Numbered from the stretch's first letter, positions 1-8,365 are shown. The stretch is DNA of 64,000 nucleotides from an uncultured delta proteobacterium (GCA_963847445.1 CAWJZV010000034.1:1-64000); one strand, 5' to 3'. Notes: generated by a model not told the origin, from the letters alone. Translations and numbers: made by a program.

Positions 1-971
1 AATTTCTCCTGCTTCAATCTCTCGATGATGGACCCGTCGGCGAACTCTTTGGGGTCGCGCTTTGGCGCGTCGGGGTATTCTTTGCCGAAGTTTTCTAGGA
101 TGACTTTGAGTCCCTCCAACGTCGGCGCCATGTAGTCGGGCATCAGCGAGGAGACGAAGTCGAATTCTGTCGCGATCAGTTTGGGATCGCTGATCTTCAT
201 GTACTTGGCGATGGTGCGTTCGCTGTCGGCGCGGTTGCGTTTCAACGTGACGACCGCCTCGGTGGCGCATTTCATGTAGCGGTAGGCGAGCTCGCGATTT
301 TTCAGCAACCAGCCTTCTTCGACCACCACTGAAGTCCACGGGAAAGGGATCGCCATCTGCTGGGCAGTAGACAGGACGCGGAAACCCAGTGCGCGCGCGT
401 TGTCGGTGGCGGCGGCGCCGAGGAAGGTGAATTGGATCGTGCCGGTTTTCAGGGCTGCGACGCGGCTGGAGTCGCCGCCCATCTGCAGCATCCTCAAATC
501 GCGGTCGACGTTCAAGCCATTTTTCGAAACAGATAGCGGAAACCCTGGTCGGTGGAGGAGCCGAAGCGCGAGATGCCGGCGAGCTTGCCGGCCATGTCGG
601 GGATGGATTTGATGTCGGGATGAACGACCAGATTCGACGCCAGCCAGGGCAGCGGATTGCCCAGGATCGTCAGCTTGATGCCACGCAGCCGCGCTTCGAT
701 GGACACCGGGCCGCCGCCGGCGATCTGCACGCTGCCGCCGAGCAGCGCGGCGATGTTCATGGTGCCGCTGTTGATGTAAAGGAGCTCGCCTTCGAGACCA
801 TGCTTGGCGAAGATGCCGCGGTCCTGGGCGACCCAGAAAGGCCTGGGTGGCGTTAACCGCCGAGTAGGATATCCGCAGCTTGTCGGCGGCGAAATTCTCA
901 GTGGCGAGCGCAAAGAAGCCGACCAACACCAGGGCGACAAGCTTCGGAAACAGGAGTTTGGGGTTTTTCAT
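1..971 (-). CDS. ABC transporter substrate-binding protein, NMT1/TauA/SsuA family (frameshifted; 3' end runs off the window)
   Basis: ATG at 971 gives a signal peptide, MKNPKLLFPKLVALVLVGFFALATENFAADKLRISYSAVN. After a shift it continues WVAQDRGIFAKHGLEGELLYI...GISRFGSSTD, typical of this family. Apparent indels near 835 and 520. Confidence 0.85.
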   Translation of the reverse strand, partial: MKNPKLLFPKLVALVLVGFFALATENFAADKLRISYSAVNATQAFLGRPGPRHLRQAWSRRRAPLHQQRHHEHRRAARRQRADRRRRPGVHRSAAAWHQADDPGQSAALAGVESGRSSRHQIHPRHGRQARRHLALRLLHRPGFPLSVSKNGLNVDRDLRMLQMGGDSSRVAALKTGTIQFTFLGAAATDNARALGFRVLSTAQQMAIPFPWTSVVVEEGWLLKNRELAYRYMKCATEAVVTLKRNRADSERTIAKYMKISDPKLIATEFDFVSSLMPDYMAPTLEGLKVILENFGKEYPDAPKRDPKEFADGSIIERLKQEK

Positions 972-1095
972 GGGACTGTGGATACAGCGATTCAGCCACC
1001 GCGGTCAAGGGCATGTACAGCTGTGACAGAACGGAATTTCTTGGACAACTCGAAAGACGGTCTGTTAGGACAGGCCGTTCCAGTAGGGAGGTCCA

Positions 1096-2124
1096 ATGCA
1101 GCTAAACGGCGAAGCATCGATGCGAAGCATTTGTTGCTTCATGATCTTATGTGCGGCGGCTTTTTTCTCTGCTTTTTCCGGTCGTGCCCAGAGCATCGAC
1201 GAGACTTACAAACAAGCACTGAAGGAAGGCGGCGTGTTGAACGTCTACGGCACTTTGACGCCGGATACCGCGGAGAAAGTTTTTGCCGATCTTCGAAAAA
1301 CGCTTTTCCGGCATCAAGACAGTCAACACCGGAGCGAGCTCCGATAAAATCGTCGCCCGGGCGATCTCCGAAGCGCGCGGCGGCCGGACTATTGGCGATG
1401 TGTTCCACATGAACCTCGAAAACATCATGCAGGTTCATGAACAGGGTCTGGTGCTCGAAAAGCTGCCGCCGGAGGCTGACGTTTTTGCCAGCCACCTCAA
1501 AGGAACTTACTGGGTCGCGACGCGTTTCAATACCTTGGTAGCGGCGTGGAATACGCAGTTGGTCAGTAAAGCGGACGAGCCGAAGAGCTTTGAAGAGCTT
1601 GCCGAACCAAAATGGAAAGGCAAGCTCTTGGCCGAGCCGCGCGACGCCGAGTTCCTCATCGCTTTTGCCGAACAAAGATATAAGAGTGCCGACAAAGCCA
1701 TCGCTTTGTTCAAAAGAATCGCCGCCAACAATGTGGAGTTTCACGCGGCCATCCGCAGTTGGTTGAACTGCTGATGGCCGGGCAGGGCTCGGTCTGCCTG
1801 ACCTGCTACACGCATCATTTGTTGCCGCGAATGCACAAAGCGGCGCCGCTCAATTACCTGCGCTCCCTCGGCGTCGGTTTGATCAGTGCAACGGCGGTGT
1901 TCAAGAACGCGCCTCACCCGAACACGGCCTGGTTGTTTCACCGCTGGGCCGCCTCGGACGAAGGGCAAAAGGCGTTCGGCATCGAGGGCCGCGTGCCTGC
2001 GAATCCGAAAGTCGAACCGGCCGAGCCCATTGGCCTCACGACGGTCTATGGCTTGGGCGAGAAAGAGTACCGGGAGTTCGCCAGATACGAAAAGATTTGG
2101 AAGCAGATTTTCAGCTTGAGGTAA
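1096..2124 (+). CDS. Extracellular solute-binding protein, Fe(III)/AfuA-like family (frameshifted)
   Basis: Three overlapping ORF pieces (1096-1347, 1283-1774, 1759-2124) join into one protein: signal peptide, ALKEGGVLNVYG, AWNTQLV..EPKSFEELAEPKWKGK, KNAPHPNTAWLF..W..SDEGQ. Confidence 0.85.
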
Positions 2125-2464
2125 CGTTAATTACGTTTTCACAGCGGCTTGGCGACGATAGAGCCGCATTGCCGTTATGATATAGGTCGGTCGGTTAGTT
2201 TTCTGCGGTTCTTACGCCGCGCGATTCAGTCGCGCGGCTATCTCCATTGGTCGCGGATCTCCCAATCGCGGTTTCGATAAAGCCAAACGCGCTGTTAAAT
2301 CCGATTTGCTTGCTGGTGTTTGTCCCCAGCTCGCGTGGATGAACGAGCGCGAGTTGAATCAAGCCCCTCTCTCGCCGGCAAATCGCCACAAAGGCACCTA
2401 TCGTCAAGAGTTTGTATTAGTACGCGCTGGTGATTTATAACGCTCGTGTAGGAGGAGAAGTTTC

Positions 2465-2878
2465 ATGGCAACCCGTTGGTTATTCAAGACCGAACCGAGT
2501 GTTTATTCATACCAGCAGCTGGTCAAAGACAAATCGACCATGTGGGACGGGGTGGCGAATAATCTCGCGCTGATGCATTTGAAGGATATCAAAAAGGGCG
2601 ATCAGATTTTTATTTATCATACCGGCGATGAGCGCCAGGCGGTGGGCATCGCGCGGGCTTTGGGCGGCGCCTATTCCGATCCCGGCAAGGACAATCCGCG
2701 CATGCTGGTGGTCGACATCGAGCCGGTGAAAGCCTTGGCCAAGCCGGTGACCCTGGCGGAAGTCAAAGCGGACAAGAAGCTGGCCAAATTCGACCTCGTG
2801 CGCAATTCGCGGCTGTCGATCATGAAGCTGACCGACGAGCAGTGGGACGCGATGATGGAAATGTCAAAAAGAAAGTAA
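2465..2878 (+). CDS. EVE domain-containing protein (PUA-like)
   Basis: WLFKTEP..YS...L......WDGV.N..A...L, YHTG and RLSIMKLT..QW signatures; GGAGG RBS upstream. Confidence 0.92.
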   Translation: MATRWLFKTEPSVYSYQQLVKDKSTMWDGVANNLALMHLKDIKKGDQIFIYHTGDERQAVGIARALGGAYSDPGKDNPRMLVVDIEPVKALAKPVTLAEVKADKKLAKFDLVRNSRLSIMKLTDEQWDAMMEMSKRK

Positions 2879-2885
2879 AAATTAA

Positions 2886-3045
2886 AGGGGCTTCAGGCTT
2901 ACCCGTGAACCGGGGCTCGGAAATTTGCACCGCGGAGGCGGCGGAGGACGCGGAGTAAAGAGTTTTTGATTAAGATATTCTCCGAACTCAGCGGACTCTG
3001 TGTCTCTGTGGTGAATATTTCTGCACAGGAAACCTGGAAGGCCCA
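2886..3045. repeat. Palindromic MITE/REP-like element (CACCGCGGAG...CTCTGTGGTG family)
   Basis: Imperfect inverted arms at 2928-3013; related copies near 11188-11355, 12870-12945 and 35520-35595. Confidence 0.7.
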
Positions 3046-3078
3046 ATTTCAAAGGCAAAGTAGAAAAGGGATACCAAG

Positions 3079-4101
3079 ATGGCTGACGAACATAAACACG
3101 AGCATAAGGGTGAGCATTCGCACGATCATGGTGACGCCCATCATGACGACAAACATGGCCACAGCCATTCTCATGAAGCGCATGGTCACGAGCATGAGCA
3201 TGAAGCGCACGGGCAAGATCACGCGCACGGTTCGGAGCATGGTCATAAACATGATCATGGGCATGCCGACGATCACGGGCACGATCACGAACACGGCCAT
3301 TCCCACGATCACAAATCGCGCTTCAAAGATCCCGCCCATGCCGCCGAGTTCGACCAGCGCGGCCTGTCGGACATGCGCAGCCAGCTGACGACCAAGTTGA
3401 TCGAGGCGCTGACGCTCAAGGGCGGCGAAGCGATCCTGGACTTGGCCACCGGCACCGGGCGTGTCGCCCGGCCGTTGTCGAAGCAGATGCAATCCGGGCG
3501 CATTGTCGGCGTCGACGAGGCGCTGGCGATGCTCGACGTCGGCCATCATCATAAAGATCCGATCGCGCGCTATGAATTGAGCGCCGGCGAGGCCGACAAG
3601 CTGCCGTTCAAGTCCGGCATCTTCGACCGCGCCTTCGTATCGTTCAGCTTGCATCATTTCGGCAATCCCCCCGGCGTCGTTGGCGAAGTCCAGCGCGTGC
3701 TCAAACCAAGCGGCCGCTTTGTCGTCCTCGATCCGGTCATGGAAGAATCCAAAGACGCCATCGACGTGGCGCTAGAGGCAAAGGTCAATCAAGTGTTTCG
3801 CCGCACCCACGGCGAGGGCTTTCGCTTTCACACGGTCAGCAGCATCGAGCGCTTGCTGACCAAGGCCGGCTACCGCGTGCCGCGCAAGAGCGTGATTTCC
3901 TATCCGTTCAATCAAGAAGGCATGGACGGCATCCCCACCGGCCGCCACTGGCTCGAAGCCGCGCTGGAGTTGGAAAAGGAAGCGCCGGAGTTGGCCGAGC
4001 GCATGAAGAAAAACTATTTTACCTGGCACTCCCACGGCGACCACGCCCATGTGAAGGGAAGTTTTTCCTACGCGCTGATCACCGGCGTGAAGCCGGCTTA
4101 G
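3079..4101 (+). CDS. Class I SAM-dependent methyltransferase (UbiE/Methyltransf_11-like) with a His-rich N-terminal extension
   Basis: Motif I ILDLATGTG, DKLPF..GIFD, LHHF and RVLKPSGRF; 31 His in the first 78 residues. Confidence 0.9.
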   Translation: MADEHKHEHKGEHSHDHGDAHHDDKHGHSHSHEAHGHEHEHEAHGQDHAHGSEHGHKHDHGHADDHGHDHEHGHSHDHKSRFKDPAHAAEFDQRGLSDMRSQLTTKLIEALTLKGGEAILDLATGTGRVARPLSKQMQSGRIVGVDEALAMLDVGHHHKDPIARYELSAGEADKLPFKSGIFDRAFVSFSLHHFGNPPGVVGEVQRVLKPSGRFVVLDPVMEESKDAIDVALEAKVNQVFRRTHGEGFRFHTVSSIERLLTKAGYRVPRKSVISYPFNQEGMDGIPTGRHWLEAALELEKEAPELAERMKKNYFTWHSHGDHAHVKGSFSYALITGVKPA

Positions 4102-4114
4102 AGGACAGTACCCG

Positions 4115-4170
4115 GAAGTCAGCAATCAGAAGTCAGAAGTCAGAAAGCCGACCTCTGACATCTGACCTCC
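4115..4170. repeat. Heptamer tandem repeat (AAGTCAG)n with inverted counterpart (CTGACMT)
   Basis: gaagtcag caatcag aagtcag aagtcag ... ctctgacatctgacctc. Confidence 0.7.
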
Positions 4171-4197
4171 AGTGCATGAAAACCAAGGAGCAGTAAC

Positions 4198-4458
4198 GTG
4201 AAGAAAGCTGACTTTCGGACATTCTACAAAGACGCCCACGCCGTCGAGTGCCTGACCGAGCGCGAGAAGATGCTCATGGGGCTGGCCGTGGCGATGATGC
4301 GGCTGTGCGATCCGTGAGTGGATCGGCGCCTTGCGGACGCAAGGAAAGCGGGGATGACGGAGGAGGAACTGGACGCGGCAGTTGACGTAATCTCGGCGGT
4401 GGACGCGGGAGTGTTGCAGTCGCTCAATCAGCGGGTGAAGGCAAGAGCGAGGGGCTAA
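4198..4458 (+). CDS. Carboxymuconolactone decarboxylase/AhpD-family selenoprotein (CxxU), 86 aa
   Basis: AAGGAG RBS at 4185-4190 and GTG start. Translation: MKKADFRTFYKDAHAVECLTEREKMLMGLAVAMMRLCDP(TGA)VDRRLADARKAGMTEEELDAAVDVISAVDAGVLQSLNQRVKARARG. The CMD pattern (L..REK.L..LAVA....CxxC.....A.KAG.T.EE) continues through the in-frame TGA at 4315-4317. Confidence 0.88.
4329..4344 (+). promoter_or_regulatory. Bacterial SECIS-like hairpin
   Basis: CCTTGC-GGAC-GCAAGG: a perfect 6-bp stem starting 11 nt after the TGA, with an apical loop beginning with G. Confidence 0.75.
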
Positions 4459-4611
4459 TCACGAGGGCCGCGGGAACGCTGGGACAACGGATAGCGCTAC
4501 CAGCCCACCAGCGGTCAGTGAATGTACGCGCCTGAAGGGCGCATAAGAAGAGTTTCGAACGCGGATCGGCAGAGAAGCTGGCCTTCAATTACGAAATACG
4601 GTGATTTCGGA

Positions 4612-5303
4612 GTGAGAAGAAGCGCGACTTGTTATATGTGTGATTCGGTTGAAACTTCGCGGGAACATGCTCCCCCGTTATGTTTCTTTCCAGAAGCTAA
4701 AGAGTTCGGTCGAGATTTACGGCGCAATCTCATCACCGTGCCTTCCTGTGACCAGCACAACTCACAGAAATCGAAGGACGACGAATCCTACGGTCCATCG
4801 TTTTGATGGCAGCAGGAAACAACGAAGCAGGGCAACACCAATTCCATTGGAAGATGCTCCCCGCCACGTCTCGAAAGCCCCATACTTACCGAACATTCTT
4901 CAAAGATAAGGGAACAGTCGCACACGGAGAAGGCCACGCGTCTCAGATTGATCGAGATCGCTTTGATGGCTGCATCGACCATTTAGTGCGAGCGTTGTTC
5001 TTCCACAGCTACAAACGTAAATGGCAGTTGCCCATAGTCACCTTTTCGCCTAACTTTTTCAGCGGGACTAGCTCGAATGAAATAGTTCCGGACCAGCAAT
5101 CAATGAAGGCTATCGAAGCATCCAGACAGTTCCTTAGTAATGAGCCATATCTTAGCGAGAATCCTGACGTGTTCCAGTATCAAATCCGATACGATGAAGA
5201 TGGTGCTGATGAAGGGTTTGCTTGCGCCGCCATCTTTTACGCTAGTTTTGAAATCTATTCGTACTCGTCTAAGGATTTAACCACAAATAAAATGCCAATC
5301 TGA
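4612..5303 (+). CDS. HNH-like / Zn-binding nuclease-family protein (frameshift near 4785)
   Basis: CYMC....TSREHAPP..FF...LITVPSCDQHNSQKSKDDE, then continues in the 4803-5303 ORF; lower GC than the flanks. Confidence 0.6.
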
Positions 5304-5590
5304 AAGAAGGGGCGAAGGATATTTTTCAGCTTGCGTACTGCCGCACATCTTAACGATTCTTGGCTTCATAGGCAGGCTCATTTTTGCAAGCGGATTCCTT
5401 TCACCACGTCCACTTGGGAGTTGAAGAACGTTGCCAAACACTTCCTTTGCCCCAACTGCTACTACCTGTGGAATCTTTCCTGTTTTTTCATCATAGTTGG
5501 GTCTCATATCCAATTGTGGAATGTGGCCAGCAGTGCGTGGAAGGCGTGAGGACGCATGGACTGAGTAAGACGTTTACTTTTTCTTGCCAT
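5277..5590 (-). other. Possible small hypothetical gene or fragment (low GC)
   Basis: ATG at 5590 (MARKSKRLTQ...) could join the 5277-5513 ORF through one indel; no recognisable domain. Confidence 0.2.
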
Positions 5591-5712
5591 GTTTCTTTTA
5601 GTTACATCAACTGCCTATGCCTTTAATAACGTGTATCAGTGCACCGCTGTGACTGAGACAACGGTGGGTTACGCTCCGGCGCTCCAACGAAGTCGAAGCT
5701 AACGCCGGTAAA

Positions 5713-6039
5713 GTGAAAAACCCGTACACCGTGCAACTTTCTGGCGTAATCCGCGATGCAACGGTCCTTCACGCGCAAGAACCAGTCCAGCTATTAAAGG
5801 TTTCCGAGACTCAGCGCGTGATTTGGTTTACGGAGAAAGCCCTTGCCGGAACAGTTATCGTTTGGACTCTGTTCGAGAAGGATGGCGGCCGCCCGGTAAC
5901 GCTTATCAGCACGAAAAGTTACGATTTGTCTGGTGCTGTCACGGTTTACTGCCTTTTATACTGCATGGTGAATTGCCGGGCTGTTGTACCCAAACGCCAG
6001 GATGCCGGTATGACCACCAAGAACTCGACGCTGTTGTAA
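5713..6039 (+). CDS. Hypothetical protein
   Basis: 108-aa ORF in the low-GC insert; no recognisable motif. Confidence 0.25.
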   Translation: MKNPYTVQLSGVIRDATVLHAQEPVQLLKVSETQRVIWFTEKALAGTVIVWTLFEKDGGRPVTLISTKSYDLSGAVTVYCLLYCMVNCRAVVPKRQDAGMTTKNSTLL

Positions 6040-6051
6040 TGCGATCATAGC

Positions 6052-6088
6052 CGGTGGATGTGGGAGTTCTGCAGTCGCTCAATCAGCG
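6052..6088 (+). repeat. Diverged direct repeat of the selenoprotein gene 3' end (4397-4433)
   Basis: 33/37 identical; the last 19 nt (TGCAGTCGCTCAATCAGCG) are identical. Confidence 0.85.
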
Positions 6089-6347
6089 TGCTCGAATAGG
6101 TGTTCAGGCTTTGATTATTTGATATTTGCGCTTCCTCCTCGTGTCGCAGTTGTGTGCAGCTAGTTTCCAACTGCTTGCTGGTATGCATTACAGTGCGAGG
6201 GGTCAGCACAGAGCGATGGTAGACGCTCAACGCTGATAGTCGGATTTCATAGCGACTTGTAACAACGGCGTTACTCTGGCCGGTGGCCTTTGTGACATTG
6301 ATATAGGCGAACGTCGGTCTATATTATTGATAGTTAGTGTTTGGAAT

Positions 6348-6998
6348 ATGGACGATTGCTGTATCGATAAGAGTTGCGCTATCGACGGGCTGCGCGGGCG
6401 GCAAACGGCGACACTTCGCCTCGTTTTGCTCGTGAACGCTGCGATGTTTGTCGTGGAACTTGTGTCGGGCTTGCTCGCTGGGTCCGTGGCTCTGCTCGCC
6501 GACTCCCTCGACATGCTCGGCGACGCGCTTGTTTATGGCTTTAGTCTTTACGTCGTCGCGCGCGGTCCCGTATGGAAAGCGCGCGCCTCTCTTGCGAAGG
6601 CAGCGGTGATGGGGCTGTTTGGACTTTTCGTCTTTGGGCAGGTCGCGTACAAGCTGCTTTTCCCTCAGCTCCCGGTGGTAGAGACAATGGGTGCGATAGG
6701 CGCTCTTGCGCTGGCCGCGAACGGCGTCTGCTTCGCCTTGCTCTGGCGCCACCGTGCCGAGGACATCAACATGCGGTCGGTCTGGCTCTGCTCTCGAAAT
6801 GATCTCATCGCAAACGCTGCGGTGTTGTTAGCGGCATTGGCCGTGCGGATCACGCTTTCGCCTTGGCCGGACATCGCGGTCGGCGCGTTTATCTGCGCCA
6901 TTTTCTTGCGCTCGGCGTTCCTTGTCGCGCGCGAAGCTCATGCCGAGCTGAAGTTGAATCACCTCCAACCATCCGCTGCAGCAGGACCTATACGTTAG
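6348..6998 (+). CDS. Cation diffusion facilitator (Co/Zn/Cd efflux) family transporter
   Basis: NAAMFVVE...G..AGSVALLADSLDMLGDA, DINMRSVWLCSRND.IAN and WPD; Cys-rich N-terminus MDDCCIDKSC. Confidence 0.9.
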   Translation: MDDCCIDKSCAIDGLRGRQTATLRLVLLVNAAMFVVELVSGLLAGSVALLADSLDMLGDALVYGFSLYVVARGPVWKARASLAKAAVMGLFGLFVFGQVAYKLLFPQLPVVETMGAIGALALAANGVCFALLWRHRAEDINMRSVWLCSRNDLIANAAVLLAALAVRITLSPWPDIAVGAFICAIFLRSAFLVAREAHAELKLNHLQPSAAAGPIR

Positions 6999-7142
6999 CA
7001 TGTCGATTTCTCGGCGTGTCGCATTCCTGATTCGACGCATATCAACCGAGCAGGAGCAGCCAAAATCAAGTGTACGCTCCGATCGAGTTGGATGCGAAAA
7101 GTTTGACGATGCTTCTGACTAGACTATTAATATTATAGGTGG

Positions 7143-7499
7143 CTAATGCGCCTCCTCGACAAAGTCCAAGATCAACAAAACTTTGGTTCTTAGTTCACTT
7201 AAATAGGGATCGGGGAGAGCGCCGAGCTTGCGCCGCAGACGCCGATTGTCGATCGACTTGATCTGATCCACTAACACATCCGACGCTCGACTCAGTCCCG
7301 ACACTCCTTTCGGCAAAGCCACTCGCAACGGATTGTCAAATCCGGCAGTCTGGGTCGTCAATGGACAAACGATGGTCGAAGGATGGAAGCGATTCAAGGC
7401 GTCAGTTTGCACGACCACAACCGGGCGCACCTTACCGGGTTCTGTGCCGAAACGAGGATTTAAGTCGGCCACATAAAGATAACCATATTGCGGTGTCAT
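7143..7499 (-). CDS. Type II TA toxin, PemK/MazF family
   Basis: ADLNPRFGTEPGKVRPVVVVQ, TIVCPLTT and DQIKSIDNRRL. Confidence 0.93.
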   Translation of the reverse strand: MTPQYGYLYVADLNPRFGTEPGKVRPVVVVQTDALNRFHPSTIVCPLTTQTAGFDNPLRVALPKGVSGLSRASDVLVDQIKSIDNRRLRRKLGALPDPYLSELRTKVLLILDFVEEAH

Positions 7500-7738
7500 T
7501 GCTCGTCGGGAAGATCTTCGAGGAGCTCGGTCTCCTTAAGATATTCCAGGTGAGAAGCGCCGAGGCGCCGAGAAGCCTTGCGATATTCTCCCTCCAACAG
7601 CTTGCGGGAATAGAGCGCGTTGTAGTGGCTTACGGCTTTGCGCAAGTAGGTGTTGCGGGGCACCTTGAGCCGTTTACGAATCTTTTCCGCGGCCAAATAC
7701 GTCGGCTCATCGAGCTTCAAAGATAGAGCCTTTGCCAT
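7496..7738 (-). CDS. Cognate antitoxin (ribbon-helix-helix-like)
   Basis: MAKALSLKLDE...PRNTYLRKAV; GGAGG RBS; 4-nt overlap with the toxin start. Confidence 0.8.
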   Translation of the reverse strand: MAKALSLKLDEPTYLAAEKIRKRLKVPRNTYLRKAVSHYNALYSRKLLEGEYRKASRRLGASHLEYLKETELLEDLPDEQ

Positions 7739-8095
7739 TGAAAGACCTCCAGCAAAATAGGGTATCACGAAAAGTATATCCTACCGTCGAGGATGTCAAA
7801 TAAATCCGGGCATTTCGCCTGCGTCGGGGAGACTAGGCACGTTGTCGACTAGCTGATAAAGCTATCAAGAATCGACTCGCCTCAGGATCGGAGCGTCACA
7901 GAAAGGCTAAAACGGCTAGTCTGCGACGAATCACGATTCTGATGATCGGATTATCTGCGGAGGCGTGCGAGGCGGACAGGTTCATTATCGCTAACAGAAC
8001 TCAGAGCGGGAGACATCGGCCGTGCGGACTCACGCTGTTCCCCGATGGCGCGGACAGTCGTGGTCGGCAGCTTATCCGGTTACGCGAGGTACAAG

Positions 8096-8365
8096 ATGAA
8101 AGAGCCGTACTTAGAAGTGACGTATAGACATGGAAAGCCGTTCGCGGCGTACTTTTACTTGCCGCGGCGCGCCGGGGATCGCAGCGCGCGCGTTCGCGAG
8201 GCTTGGCCCGGGACTGCTGGTCGACTTTCGGCGCGACGGGAAACCAATCGGCATCGAGATGACTGCACAGAAAAGGTATCATTGGCGAAGTTAAATAGAG
8301 TCCTGCGTGAGCTTGGGCTCCCGGCCGCGAAGCGAGCGGATATTGCGCCTCTGCTGGCGGCATGA
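8096..8365 (+). CDS. DUF2283-family small protein (putative antitoxin), with two compensating indels
   Basis: MKEPYLEVTYRHGKPFAAYFYL...; the alternative frame at about 8208-8270 reads PGLLVDFRRDGKPIGIEMTA, the D....G..IGIE pattern of DUF2283. Confidence 0.65.
   Translation: MKEPYLEVTYRHGKPFAAYFYLPRRAGDRSARVREAWPGTAGRLSARRETNRHRDDCTEKVSLAKLNRVLRELGLPAAKRADIAPLLAA

Noticed and set aside
3079-3315. Repetitive DNA as a CRISPR array or non-coding repeat
   Set aside because: It is the codon pattern of the His-rich tail. There are no constant repeats with unique spacers and no cas genes in the window.
4224-4427. 67-aa minus-strand ORF
   Set aside because: Antisense shadow of the selenoprotein gene.
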